28,535 nt of DNA, taken from UHGV virus genome UHGV-0260790; one strand, 5' to 3'. The position numbers were made by a program, and so were the translations under genes. This DNA is from a virus. Within the stretch, counting starts at the first letter, position 1, and each line of letters starts with the position of its first letter. Below the pieces are notes generated by a model. That model was given only the letters and a program-made list of their open reading frames with translations. It was not told where the DNA came from and searched no databases. Positions 12,337-25,309 of the stretch are shown in pieces.

Positions 12337-13089
12337 CGCTTTATTACCATCCTCAGTTGATGCTGCAGCGCATAGCCCAGCTCTTTCGGAAGACGTTCAC
12401 GCCGTATCCGCTCAATATTTTGTTTAAACGCCGTGGTCAGCGGCACCGCCATCGGGATTTTCACCACATCAATGGGGTAACGGTTTTTCCCGGTCCTTTC
12501 GCGCCGCAGGCGTCGTAAAAAGGGGCAGCGTTCATCCCTGAAAGGTGGCGGCAGCGTGCTTGTGGTGGGTAACCGTCGTATTCCCGGCGCGTTTATTCAG
12601 CAACTGAAAAATGGCCGGTGGCATGTCATGCAGCGTGTGGCCGGGAAAAACCGTTACCCCATCGATGTGGTGAAAATCCCGATGGCGGTGCCGCTGACCA
12701 CGGCGTTTAAACAAAATATTGAGCGGATAAATACGACGGTTACCCACCACAAGCACGCTGCCGCCACCTTTCAGGGATGAACGCTGCCCCTTTTTACGAC
12801 GCCTGCGGCGCGAAAGGACAACCCGCGCATTACCCAGCTTGATTACGGGCAAATCCCCCCGGTTAACTTTGATTCTGGCCTGCGGATTTTTGACCGTGGC
12901 CCTTTTCAGCCTGGCCCTTTCCTTTACCAGTTTCCGGCGTACCTTTGTCTCACGGGCAACCTGTGACGCCGACTGCGATATCGCGGATGAAGCAACGCGG
13001 TTAATGGCCATTGCGGCGGCACCAGGCACCGCCGTTTTGCTGATACGGCAGAGGTTTTCAATGGCCTGCTCAAGACCTTTTATGGCCAT
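12333..13089 (-). pseudogene. Z: Tail completion protein Z disrupted by a 178-nt fold-back (inverted duplication) insertion; predicted product has 120 native residues then out-of-frame sequence, stop at 12532
   Basis: Minus ORF 12532-13089 reads MAIKGLEQAIENLCRISKTAVPGAAAM...SVLVVGNRRI then junk YPLNILFKRRGQ...; the next Z residues (PGAFIQQLKNGRWHVMQRVAGKNRYPIDVVKIPMAVPLTTAFKQNIERI) are on the PLUS strand at 12583-12729; the Z C-terminus (NRYPID...[24 protein letters not shown]) resumes on the minus strand at 12493-12336. Joining rc(12730-13089) + 12583-12640 + rc(12333-12493) gives exactly 579 nt, 192 codons plus stop, the length of lambda Z. Confidence 0.85.
12405..12819. repeat. Composite fold-back inside Z: arm P 12405-12493 pairs with P' 12641-12729 (89 nt, 1 mismatch); arm Q 12493-12582 pairs with Q' 12730-12819 (90 nt, exact); unique core 12583-12640. 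Layout P-Q-core-P'-Q'
   Basis: Manual reverse-complement comparison of the listed coordinates; arms share a single nucleotide (12493) at the junction. Confidence 0.9.
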
Positions 13090-13100
13090 ACATCCCCCTT

Positions 13101-13454
13101 TCAGCGGCGACGGTTAACGGCAGGCGGTACGCCCCGCCCAAGCCAGAGATGACAGCTTCCACCATCATCCGGCGAAACCCGGTCTATCCAGAAGTTTTCC
13201 TCACCGATGGTCAGCGTGTCTCCACGCCGCAGCTGCCGCACATCATCAGTCCGGACAAACAGGGACGGGCTGGAGCCTTCAACGCGCACGCCCTGTCCGG
13301 CATAGCTGATATTTTCAGGGTCATCAAAAACACCACGTATTACTGCGCCGGACTGCTCACCGGATGTCATGGTGGCTGACGTTCCCATGTACCCGCGTAT
13401 CGTTTCATCGGCGCGGGCAATGGCAGCATCGAACAGGTTATCGGAATCAGCCAC
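13101..13454 (-). CDS. FII: Head-tail joining (tail attachment) protein FII
   Basis: 117 aa ORF MADSDNLFDAAIARADETIRGYMGTSATMTSGEQSGAVIRGVFDDPENISYAGQGVRVEG, lambda FII length. Confidence 0.9.
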   Translation of the reverse strand: MADSDNLFDAAIARADETIRGYMGTSATMTSGEQSGAVIRGVFDDPENISYAGQGVRVEGSSPSLFVRTDDVRQLRRGDTLTIGEENFWIDRVSPDDGGSCHLWLGRGVPPAVNRRR

Positions 13455-13465
13455 AGCGCCTCCCG

Positions 13466-13861
13466 TTATTGCATTCTGGCCAGGCCATGTTCTGTCATTT
13501 CGGCTGCCACACCGGCAGAGACACGGAACGCCGTTCCCGGCAGCACAAATGCCACAGGCTCATCCCGCGTGGCGTGAAGTGCATCGGTATGCAGCGTCAC
13601 CAGTGCCACAACCGTGACCAGAGCAGCCGTATCAGTCACGGTATCCGTCTGTGCTGATACCACCTCATTTTCATGTCCGGTCAGCGCATTTTCCGGGCTG
13701 ACAGACGAGTCCTGACCGGCTCCGTCATCCGTGTCATCAAGCTCCTCTTCCAGCTCTGCCACACGGAGCGCCAGTTCTTCTTTCGTCCCCGTCAGGCTGA
13801 CATCACGGTTCAGTTGCTCACCCAGCGACCGGAGACGGGCAATCAGTTCATCTTTCGTCAT
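13466..13861 (-). CDS. FI: DNA packaging protein FI
   Basis: 131 aa from MTKDELIARLRSLGEQLNRDVSLTGTKEELALRVAELEEELDD; the ORF-track start at 13900 is an upstream extension. Confidence 0.85.
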   Translation of the reverse strand: MTKDELIARLRSLGEQLNRDVSLTGTKEELALRVAELEEELDDTDDGAGQDSSVSPENALTGHENEVVSAQTDTVTDTAALVTVVALVTLHTDALHATRDEPVAFVLPGTAFRVSAGVAAEMTEHGLARMQ

Positions 13862-13902
13862 GGACTCCTCCACAGAGAGAAAATGGCCCCTAAGGGCCAT
13901 GA

Positions 13903-14928
13903 TTACGCCAGTTGAACGGACACGAACTCATCAGGATCAGCCAGCAGCATCAGCGGTGCTGACTGAATCATGGTGAACTCTCGCGCCGGATCGCCGGATG
14001 TCTTCCAGTTTTTCGGATAACGGGGAGACGCATTAATACCCTCACTCAATGCATCCGCATCCTGAATACAGCCATAGGTGCGCAGACCGCGTGCATGAGT
14101 GTTACCCAGCACCATCGTGTTGTCCGGCAGGAAGTTCTTTTTGACGCCGTTTTCCACGTACTGTCCGGAATACACGACGATGGCCACATCGCCATACATT
14201 CCCTTATAAGACACCGCTTTGCCCAGGTCTTTTACCGCTGTCTCCAGTTCGGAATGAGAGCCGCGACGGGTATCCAGCTTCTCCCTGACGGCTTTGAAGG
14301 AACGGAACAGCGCCCAGCCTTTCGGGTCAAACACGATGATATTCACCACGCCGCTGGCGTTCAGCGCGTAGGCTTCGATATCGTCGGTCGGGTCATACGT
14401 GGACTTGTCACGCTTGCTCCACTCCGTGCCGCCGGACTGCGTGATGTTGTTCGCCGCACTGCGGCCCATATCCACCTCAACCGGATCGAAGGCTTCACCG
14501 GTCATGGTGTATTTGCCCTTGAGCACGGCAGAAACTGCCTGCATCTCTTCGACCTGAGCAATGGCCAGCTCTTCGTCACGCATGTTCTGCATGATGATGC
14601 GACGGCGGCGGTAAGCCGGGTCCGCCAGATTCTGCGGTTCTTCATCCGGCAGGCGACGCAGGGTCATCTGCGGATTCACTTCATGCTTGGGTTTGACATA
14701 TCCCGGCGTAAATTCAGAGGTGGAGCCGCCACGGGAACGGATAACCTCACCGGAAACAATCGGCGAAACGTACAGCGCCATGTTTACCAGTCCCGGAATT
14801 TGTGAGAGATAGACTTTCTCCGTAGTGAAGGGATAGCTCTCACGGAAAAAGAGACGCAGAAACAGCGGATCAAACTTAAATTTCTGCTCATTTGCCGCCA
14901 GCAGCTGGGCGGTTGTGTACATCGACAT
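13903..14928 (-). CDS. E: Major capsid protein E
   Basis: 341 aa from MSMYTTAQLLAANEQKFKFDPLFLRLFFRESYPFTTEKVYLSQIPGLVNMALYVSPIVSGEVIRSRGG; lambda E length. Confidence 0.95.
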   Translation of the reverse strand: MSMYTTAQLLAANEQKFKFDPLFLRLFFRESYPFTTEKVYLSQIPGLVNMALYVSPIVSGEVIRSRGGSTSEFTPGYVKPKHEVNPQMTLRRLPDEEPQNLADPAYRRRRIIMQNMRDEELAIAQVEEMQAVSAVLKGKYTMTGEAFDPVEVDMGRSAANNITQSGGTEWSKRDKSTYDPTDDIEAYALNASGVVNIIVFDPKGWALFRSFKAVREKLDTRRGSHSELETAVKDLGKAVSYKGMYGDVAIVVYSGQYVENGVKKNFLPDNTMVLGNTHARGLRTYGCIQDADALSEGINASPRYPKNWKTSGDPAREFTMIQSAPLMLLADPDEFVSVQLA

Positions 14929-14983
14929 AAAAAAATCCCGTAAAAAAAGCCGCACAGGCGGCCTTTAGTGATGAAGGGTAAAG

Positions 14984-15316
14984 TTAAACGATGCTGATTG
15001 CCGTTCCGGCAAACGCGGTCCGTTTTTTCGTCTCGTCGCTGGCAGCCTCCGGCCAGAGCACATCCTCATAACGGAACGTGCCGGACTTGTAGAACGTCAG
15101 CGTGGTGCTGGTCTGGTCAGCATCAACCGCCAGAATGCCAACGGCAGTACCGTCGGTGGTGCCATCCCACGCAACCAGCTTACGGGTGGAGGTGTCCAGC
15201 ATCAGCGGGGTCATTGCAGGCGCTTTCGCACTCAATCCGCCGGGCGCGGTTGCCGTATGTGCCGGGTCACTGTTGCCCAGCGGCTGGTAATGGGTAAAGG
15301 TTTCTTTGCTCGTCAT
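14984..15316 (-). CDS. D: Capsid decoration protein D
   Basis: 110 aa from [56 protein letters not shown]; lambda D length. Confidence 0.9.
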   Translation of the reverse strand: MTSKETFTHYQPLGNSDPAHTATAPGGLSAKAPAMTPLMLDTSTRKLVAWDGTTDGTAVGILAVDADQTSTTLTFYKSGTFRYEDVLWPEAASDETKKRTAFAGTAISIV

Positions 15317-15325
15317 AAACATCCC

Positions 15326-15931
15326 TTACACTGGTGTGTTCAGCAAATCGTTAACGGCATCAGATGCCGGGTTACCTGCAGCCAGTGGTGCCGGTGCCCC
15401 CTGCATCAGACGATCCAGCGCAGTGTCACTGCGCGCCTGTGCACTCTGTGGTGCAGCTGCCAGAATGCGGCGGGCCGTTTCCACGGTCATACCGGGGGTT
15501 TCGGCCAGCACACGTGCCTGTTCTTCGCGTCCGTGAGCTTCCTCACAGTTGAGGATCCCCATAATGCGGCTGTTTTCTGCCGCAACCGCAGCGGTGATCT
15601 GCGCGTTCACGTCCGGCTGCGCCGCGCTGGCGTTTTCGCCCTCCGTCGCTTGCACCACGTCAGTAACGTCAGCCTGCGAAGCAGTGGCTGAAACAGTTGT
15701 TGATTGAGTCTCTTTGGTCATTCGCCCTCCTGAGAGACGGGATTTACGTGCATCCAGTGCATCACGCATAACGGTGATCGCATCGGTGCTGTTGACAAGT
15801 TCATCAGCCAGTCCGGCATCAATGGCCTCCTGACCGCTGTACACTGCAGCCTCGGTATCCAGCACAGCCTGCACGGACAGGCCGGTATATGCCGACACCT
15901 TCTGCGCAAACATCCGGCGGGTTGCATCCAT
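15326..15931 (-). CDS. nu3: Scaffolding protein Nu3, nested in-frame in the 3' third of C
   Basis: Internal Met (MDATRRMFAQKVSAYTGLSVQAVLD...) gives 201 aa sharing the C stop codon, as known for lambda C/Nu3. Confidence 0.7.
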   Translation of the reverse strand: MDATRRMFAQKVSAYTGLSVQAVLDTEAAVYSGQEAIDAGLADELVNSTDAITVMRDALDARKSRLSGGRMTKETQSTTVSATASQADVTDVVQATEGENASAAQPDVNAQITAAVAAENSRIMGILNCEEAHGREEQARVLAETPGMTVETARRILAAAPQSAQARSDTALDRLMQGAPAPLAAGNPASDAVNDLLNTPV

Positions 15932-16625
15932 CCGGGACTGCAGTGTCTCCCGGACATCACCCGGTAGATGGCTGTAGGGGTTGCCATCCACCTTATGGCT
16001 GCCGCTGTAAATCAGCGTGATTTCCACGCCCTGTTTCTCCAGCGCAGCGCCGTAATTACTGTGAGCCATCATGACGCCGATGGAGCCTGTCCGGGCGGTC
16101 TGCGTGACCAGACGCCGGGAGGCGGCGCTGGCAAGCAGCTGACCTGCACTGCAGTTCATGTCGTTGGCCAGCGCCCATACCGGCTTTATGTCACGCACAC
16201 GGGCGATGATGTCAGCACAGTCAAATGCTCCCGCCACCATCCCGCCCGGTGTGTCCATATCGAGCAGAATGCCGTCCACCATCGGATCGCTGGCAGCCTG
16301 TTGCAGACGAGCGATAATGCCGTTGTAACCGGTCATTCCCGAATACGGCTGCAGCGCCCGCGTCCGGCTGACCAGCGTACCGGACACCGGCAGCACGGCG
16401 ATGCCGTTCATGACCTGATAACTGCGGGCCTGTCGTGGTCCGTCATCATCACCGGATAACGCCAGCGCCGCGGGTGCCTCTCCGGCAGTCAGGCTGTCGC
16501 CGGATACTGCATCCGTCAGGCGACTGATCCCAAGCTGGCCTGCAAGCGCACAAAAGAAAACCCGCGCATAGGCGGGTTCAAGCATCAGCGGCTCATTAAA
16601 AGCCATGCTGGCAATATGCGGGAGA

Positions 16626-16645
<20 letters not shown>
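15326..16645 (-). CDS. C: Capsid maturation protease / scaffold C (ClpP/SppA-like), GTG start
   Basis: 439 aa from (V)TAELRNLPHIASMAFNEPLMLEPAYARVFFCALAGQLGIS; the ORF-track start at 16780 runs 45 codons upstream into B; overlaps B 3' end by 20 nt as in lambda. Confidence 0.9.
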
Positions 16646-20326
<3,681 letters not shown>

Positions 20327-20352
<26 letters not shown>

Positions 20353-20872
20353 TCAGCAACCCCGGTATCAGTTCATCCAGCGCGGCTGCTTTGTTCATGG
20401 CTTTGATGATATCCCGTTTCAGGAAATCAACATGTCGGTTTTCCAGTTCCGGAAAACGCCGCTGCACCGACAGGGGGATCCCGTCGAGAATACTGGCAAT
20501 TTCACCTGCGATCCGCGACAGCACGAAAGTACAGAATGCGGTTTCCACCACTTCAGCGGAGTCTCTGGCATTTTTCAGCTCCTGTGCGTCGGCCTGCGCA
20601 CGCGTAAGTCGATGGCGTTCGTACTCAATAGTCCCTGGCTGGAGATCTGTCTCGCTGGCCTGCCGCAGTTCTTCAACTTCCCGGCGCAGCTTTTCGTTCT
20701 CAATTTCAGCATCCCTTTCGGCATACCATTTTATGACGGCGGCAGAGTCATAAAGCACCTCATTACCCTTGCCACCGCCTCGCAGAACGGGCATTCCCTG
20801 TTCCTGCCAGTTCTGAATGGTACGGATACTCGCACCGAAAATGTCAGCCAGCTGCTTTTTGTTGACTTCCAT
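20327..20872 (-). CDS. nu1: Terminase small subunit Nu1
   Basis: 181 aa ORF MEVNKKQLADIFGASIRTIQNWQEQGMPVLRGGGKGNEVLYDSAAVIKWYAERDAEIENEKLRREVEELRQ; 3' end overlaps A. Confidence 0.95.
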
Positions 20873-21049
20873 TGTTCATTCCACGGACAAAAACAGAGAA
20901 AGGAAACGACAGAGGCCAAAAAGCTCGCTTTCAGCACCTGTCGTTTCCTTTCTTTTCAGAGGGTATTTTAAATAAAAACATTAAGTTATGACGAAGAAGA
21001 ACGGAAACGCCTTAAACCGGAAAATTTTCATAAATAGCGAAAACCCGCG
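20873..21049. other. cosB terminase-binding region (R and IHF sites) between nu1 start and cosN
   Basis: Reverse complement of this stretch matches the remembered lambda left end (…TTTTCCGGTTTAAGGCGTTTCCGTTCTTCTTCGTCATAACTTAATG…) with inverted GGAAACGACAG / CTGTCGTTTCC R-site motifs. Confidence 0.6.
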
Positions 21050-21061
21050 AGGTCGCCGCCC
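21050..21061. other. cosN, 12-nt cohesive end site (AGGTCGCCGCCC on plus strand = GGGCGGCGACCT on the phage top strand)
   Basis: Exact lambda cohesive-end sequence, positioned ~190 nt upstream of nu1 as in lambda. Confidence 0.8.
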
Positions 21062-21260
21062 CGTAACCTGTCGGATCGCCGGAAAGGACCCGCAAAATGA
21101 TAATAATTATCATCTACATGTCACAACGTGCATCTACGCCATCAAACCACGTCAAATAATCAATTATGACGCAGGTATCGTATTAATTGATCTGCATCAA
21201 CTTAACGTAAAAACAACTTCAGACAATACAAATCAGCGACACTGAATACGGGGCAACCTC

Positions 21261-21455
21261 ATGTCAACGAAGAACAGAACCCGCAGAACAACAACCCGCA
21301 ACATCCGCTTTCCTAACCAAATGATTGAACAAATTAACATCGCTCTTGAGCAAAAAGGGTCCGGGAATTTCTCAGCCTGGGTCATTGAAGCCTGCCGTCG
21401 GAGACTAACGTCAGAAAAGAGAGCATATACATCAATCCAAAGTGATGATGGATGA
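21261..21455 (+). CDS. Hypothetical small protein, possible ribbon-helix-helix DNA-binding fold
   Basis: 64 aa ORF MSTKNRTRRTTTRNIRFPNQMIEQINIALEQKGSGNFSAWVIEACRRRLTSEKRAYTSIQSDDG; basic N-terminus followed by a pattern resembling CopG/Arc RHH proteins; weak RBS; may be non-coding. Confidence 0.3.
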   Translation: MSTKNRTRRTTTRNIRFPNQMIEQINIALEQKGSGNFSAWVIEACRRRLTSEKRAYTSIQSDDG

Positions 21456-21815
21456 ACATCCCGGTTTCTTCCACCATCGCACCGGAAAAGCGACTATGAG
21501 GGTAACCCTGCGTCTGTCAGCACAGTAAAACCCGGTGTGCATCGTTTTTGATTATTCCCGCACACTCACGCAGAAGGAATTCCCCGTCGGGCTACGGTCA
21601 TGGTTAATGCGGGAATACGGCGACGATACAGCGCAGCTAAAAGGGTAATGGACAGATAGAGCGGTTTATTTCATTCCACAGGATTCTGAGTGCCCCCCCT
21701 CCTCCAATAGGCTGAGCATCCACCTATATAGTTTTAATTTTCATCAATCCATTTAACTATCGTTTAATTGTTGTCACATAGGATTCTGCCGTTTTTAACA
21801 ATGCAGGATAATAAG

Positions 21816-22109
21816 ATGAAAAAAATGTTGTTTTCTGCCGCTCTGGCAATGCTTATTACAGGATGTGCTCAACAGACGTTTACTGTTGGAAACAAACCGA
21901 CAGCAGTAACACCAAAGGAAACCATCACCCATCACTTCTTCGTTTCGGGAATTGGACAGGAGAAAACTGTTGATGCAGCCAAAATTTGTGGCGGCGCAGA
22001 AAATGTTGTTAAAACAGAAACCCAGCAAACATTCGTAAATGGATTGCTCGGTTTTATTACTTTAGGCATTTATACTCCGCTGGAAGCGCGTGTGTATTGC
22101 TCACAATAA
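21816..22109 (+). CDS. bor: Bor lipoprotein (serum resistance-associated)
   Basis: 97 aa from MKKMLFSAALAMLITGCAQQTFTVGNKPTAVTPKETITHHFFVSGIGQEKTV with lipobox LITGC; opposite strand to Rz as in lambda. Confidence 0.9.
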   Translation: MKKMLFSAALAMLITGCAQQTFTVGNKPTAVTPKETITHHFFVSGIGQEKTVDAAKICGGAENVVKTETQQTFVNGLLGFITLGIYTPLEARVYCSQ

Positions 22110-22140
22110 TTGCATGAGTTGCCCATCGATATGGGCAGCT

Positions 22141-22602
22141 CTATCTGCACTGCTCATTAATATACTTCTGGGTTCCTTCCAGTTGTTTTTGCATAGTGAT
22201 CAGCCTCTCTCTGAGGGTGAAATAATCCTGTTCAGCGGTGTCTGCCAGTCGGGGGGAGGCTGCATTATCCACGCCGGAGGCGGTGGTGGCTTCACGCACT
22301 GACTGACAGACTGCTTTGATGTGCAACCGACGACGACCAGCGGCAACATCATCACGCAGAGCATCATTTTCAGCTTTCGCATCAGCTAACTCCTTCGTGT
22401 ATTTTGCATCGAGCGCAGCAACATCACGCTGACGCATCTGCATGTCAGTAATTGCCGCGTTCGCCAGCTTCAGTTCTTTGGCATTTTTGTCGCGCTGGGC
22501 TTTATAGGTAATGGCGTTATCACGGTAATGATTAACAGCCCATGACAGGCAGACGATGATGCAGATAACCAGAGCGGAGATAATCGCGGTTACTCTGTTC
22601 AT
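22141..22602 (-). CDS. Rz: Spanin inner-membrane subunit Rz
   Basis: 153 aa from [60 protein letters not shown]; ATGA overlap with R stop. Confidence 0.9.
   Translation of the reverse strand: MNRVTAIISALVICIIVCLSWAVNHYRDNAITYKAQRDKNAKELKLANAAITDMQMRQRDVAALDAKYTKELADAKAENDALRDDVAAGRRRLHIKAVCQSVREATTASGVDNAASPRLADTAEQDYFTLRERLITMQKQLEGTQKYINEQCR
22200..22382 (-). CDS. Rz1: Spanin outer-membrane lipoprotein subunit Rz1, embedded in Rz in the +1 frame
   Basis: 60 aa [63 protein letters not shown] with lipobox and proline-rich region, wholly inside Rz. Confidence 0.85.
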   Translation of the reverse strand: MRKLKMMLCVMMLPLVVVGCTSKQSVSQCVKPPPPPAWIMQPPPDWQTPLNRIISPSERG

Positions 22603-23096
22603 TGCTGACCCCACAAACAGATTTCACGCTCAATCTCACGACGAGTCATGAGACCTTTCCATTGCTTACCGCCAGCATATGTCCAGCGACGTAACTGATC
22701 ACATGCGCCTTTGATATCGCCCTGGTTTATTTTGCGAAGAAGCGTCGATGTTCTGAAATTGCCAGCACCCACGTTGTAAACGAATGAGTAAAGAGCGCCG
22801 CGCGTTGTTTCCGGTATATCGACTTCGATGTATGGGTTAATTTGTCTGGCGACAGTGGCAAGGTCTTTATTCAAGAGTGCTTTGCATTCTGCTTTGGTAT
22901 ACGTTTTACCGAGCATGATGTCTTTTCCTGTATGCCCGTGACATACGGTCCATACACCAACAATATCTTTGTATGGTATGTAGCTGACACCTTCCAGACC
23001 ATCGTTACCACTTGGGCCAGTGATTAACACTGATGCTATAGCAATTGCTCCGCCACCAATAGCAGCAGCAACGGCTTTTCGTAATGATGGAGGCAT
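22599..23096 (-). CDS. R: SAR endolysin (T4-lysozyme-like muramidase with N-terminal signal-anchor-release domain), phage 21 / DLP12 RrrD type
   Basis: 165 aa [78 protein letters not shown]; glycine/alanine-rich SAR segment then lysozyme catalytic region. Confidence 0.9.
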   Translation of the reverse strand: MPPSLRKAVAAAIGGGAIAIASVLITGPSGNDGLEGVSYIPYKDIVGVWTVCHGHTGKDIMLGKTYTKAECKALLNKDLATVARQINPYIEVDIPETTRGALYSFVYNVGAGNFRTSTLLRKINQGDIKGACDQLRRWTYAGGKQWKGLMTRREIEREICLWGQQ

Positions 23097-23311
23097 TATT
23101 CACCTCTCGCAGCCTTGCGCTTATCTTCTTTAATCTTGAAATAAAGGTTTGTCAGGTACGTCAGCAGGCCAAATACCAGGCTACCCAGCACACCTATTGC
23201 TGCCCACTGTGAGGGCGTGACTTTATCGAGCAGCTGTAAAAACCAGTAACCGGCACTACCTGCTGAGATGCCATAGGCGACACCCGTTGTTAACTTATCC
23301 ATGGATTTCAT
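23096..23311 (-). CDS. S: Pinholin S (phage 21 S21 type) with dual-start motif MKSM (antiholin S71 at 23311, holin S68 at 23302)
   Basis: 71 aa from [71 protein letters not shown]; two TMDs, charged C-terminus; the ORF-track start at 23356 is an upstream extension. Confidence 0.9.
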   Translation of the reverse strand: MKSMDKLTTGVAYGISAGSAGYWFLQLLDKVTPSQWAAIGVLGSLVFGLLTYLTNLYFKIKEDKRKAARGE

Positions 23312-23617
23312 AACCCCACCTCGCAGACAAAGCGGGTGTAAATTGAGGGAATACAACGTATCGCAAAAAAGCAGAAACGTAACAGACTCGGAGTCAGTGA
23401 ATAACTCAGGTATTGAGTTATCAGCTAATATCGAGACTCAAAAAATGGAAAAACCAGCTCGACGGCGGGTTTAAGCTGTGTGACGAAGTAACCACTCTTA
23501 ACAGCATAACCAATTTTTTACGTACGTAAACCACTGAATGATATTTATGAGAATGCTACCGAGTGTTCAAAACACCACCACAAATACATAAGAAAACCTC
23601 AACAAATAACCAATAAA

Positions 23618-23947
23618 TAATTTCCGGCGTTATTTTTAGTTAATTTAAATTAAACCATCGAATTATAGACCCCCCATATTTTAGTTTCTCATTTAATTTG
23701 TGAAGTAGATCTCTATTTTTATCTGAACTTTTTCTATCGAAACCTATTTATGGCTCTTATTTGAACAAAAATAAACCTATTAGCTAATTTATATTAATGG
23801 CTGTTATTTATGGGGGGTCTATAATTCGATGGTTTAATTTAAATTAACTAAAAATAACGCCGGAAATTAGAGCCATAAATAGGTTTCGATAGAAAAAGTT
23901 CAGATAAAAATAGAGATCTACTTCACAAATTAAATGAGAAACTAAAA
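23618..23947. repeat. Composite fold-back in the S-to-porin intergenic region: X 23618-23678 pairs with X' 23809-23869 (61 nt exact); Y 23679-23757 pairs with Y' 23869-23947 (79 nt exact); unique core 23758-23808. Layout X-Y-core-X'-Y'
   Basis: Manual reverse-complement comparison; AT-rich; arms share one nucleotide (23869) at the junction, same topology as the Z fold-back. Confidence 0.9.
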
Positions 23948-24038
23948 CTTACATCTTGAAATAATCACATTGATTAGATGAATATTTATCGCGCAGTGAC
24001 ATCATTTTTTAATAATAGTTCAAAAAAAAGGGCTCACG

Positions 24039-25121
24039 ATGAAAAAATTAACAGTGGCAATTTCTGCTGTAGCTGCATCAGTACTGATGGCGATGTCTGC
24101 TCAGGCAGCTGAAATTTATAATAAAGACAGTAACAAGCTGGATCTGTACGGGAAAGTTAATGCTAAGCACTACTTCTCCTCTAATGATGCAGATGATGGT
24201 GATACTACTTATGCCCGTCTTGGCTTCAAAGGTGAAACCCAAATCAACGATCAACTGACTGGTTTCGGTCAGTGGGAATATGAATTCAAAGGCAACCGCG
24301 CTGAATCTCAAGGTTCCTCCAAAGATAAAACCCGTCTTGCCTTCGCTGGCCTGAAATTCGGTGACTACGGCTCCATCGATTACGGCCGTAACTACGGTGT
24401 AGCATACGACATCGGTGCGTGGACTGACGTCCTGCCAGAATTCGGTGGTGACACTTGGACTCAAACAGATGTGTTCATGACTGGTCGCACCACTGGTGTT
24501 GCAACTTATCGTAACAACGACTTCTTTGGTCTGGTTGATGGTCTGAACTTTGCTGCTCAGTATCAGGGTAAAAATGACCGCACTGACGTAACTGAAGCTA
24601 ATGGTGATGGTTTCGGTTTCTCCACTACTTATGAGTATGAAGGATTCGGTGTAGGTGCAACCTATGCTAAATCTGATCGCACTAATAATCAGGTTATCTA
24701 CGGTAACAACGGTCTGAATGCTTCTGGTCAAAATGCTGAAGTATGGGCAGCTGGTCTGAAATATGATGCGAACAACATCTATCTGGCCACCACCTATTCT
24801 GAAACCCAGAACATGACTGTTTTTGGTAATAACCATATTGCCAACAAAGCACAAAACTTCGAAGCTGTTGCACAATATCAGTTCGACTTCGGCCTGCGTC
24901 CATCCGTTGCTTACCTGCATTCTAAAGGAAAAGACTTGGGTGTTTGGGGTGATCAGGACCTGGTTGAATATGTTGATGTAGGTGCAACCTATTACTTCAA
25001 CAAAAATATGTCCACTTTTGTTGACTACAAAATCAACCTGATTGATAAGAGCGATTTCACGAAAGCATCTGGCGTTGCTACCGATGATATCGTTGCTGTA
25101 GGTATGGTTTACCAGTTCTAA
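24039..25121 (+). CDS. nmpC: Outer membrane porin, OmpC/OmpF/NmpC family, prophage-encoded moron
   Basis: 360 aa ORF with signal peptide [23 protein letters not shown], mature N-terminus [18 protein letters not shown]-terminal ...VAVGMVYQF; AAGGG RBS; opposite strand to Q/S/R as for nmpC in DLP12. Confidence 0.9.
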   Translation: MKKLTVAISAVAASVLMAMSAQAAEIYNKDSNKLDLYGKVNAKHYFSSNDADDGDTTYARLGFKGETQINDQLTGFGQWEYEFKGNRAESQGSSKDKTRLAFAGLKFGDYGSIDYGRNYGVAYDIGAWTDVLPEFGGDTWTQTDVFMTGRTTGVATYRNNDFFGLVDGLNFAAQYQGKNDRTDVTEANGDGFGFSTTYEYEGFGVGATYAKSDRTNNQVIYGNNGLNASGQNAEVWAAGLKYDANNIYLATTYSETQNMTVFGNNHIANKAQNFEAVAQYQFDFGLRPSVAYLHSKGKDLGVWGDQDLVEYVDVGATYYFNKNMSTFVDYKINLIDKSDFTKASGVATDDIVAVGMVYQF

Positions 25122-25172
25122 TTTGATTACTAAAAGATATGTTGTGGGAGGCTTTGCCTCCCCAACATATAA

Positions 25173-25197
25173 GTGGCTCCCTCAAGCCACTTCCTTT
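25173..25197 (+). terminator. Possible intrinsic terminator after the porin gene
   Basis: Hairpin GTGGCT-CCCTCA-AGCCAC followed by TTCCTTT; the same hairpin on the minus strand is followed by UUAUAUGUU, so it could also act on the late transcript. Confidence 0.35.
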
Positions 25198-25309
25198 AGA
25201 AGCACAACCTTGCTTCTAACTATACAAACCTTCTGTTATATATTACCCTTTATTTTTGGGGGCGTTTCAACGCCCCATTTTTAATAACTTTTAGTAAATA
25301 ATTGGCGTA
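25198..25309 (-). promoter_or_regulatory. Candidate late promoter / Q-utilisation region downstream of Q
   Basis: Position directly after the Q stop, where PR' and qut lie in lambdoid phages; minus strand has TTGAAA about 17-20 nt upstream of TAATAT-like hexamers plus GC-rich hairpins (GGGGCG-TTGAAA-CGCCCC); no exact consensus identified. Confidence 0.25.

Noticed and set aside
12556-12780. 74-aa plus-strand ORF resembling Z
   Set aside because: Not an independent gene; it is the inverted copy of Z codons ~113-177 created by the fold-back, with no RBS.
22110-22140. Hairpin GCCCAT-CGAT-ATGGGC between bor and Rz
   Set aside because: Could be a bidirectional terminator for the convergent genes, but it lacks a U-tract on either strand; too weak to call.
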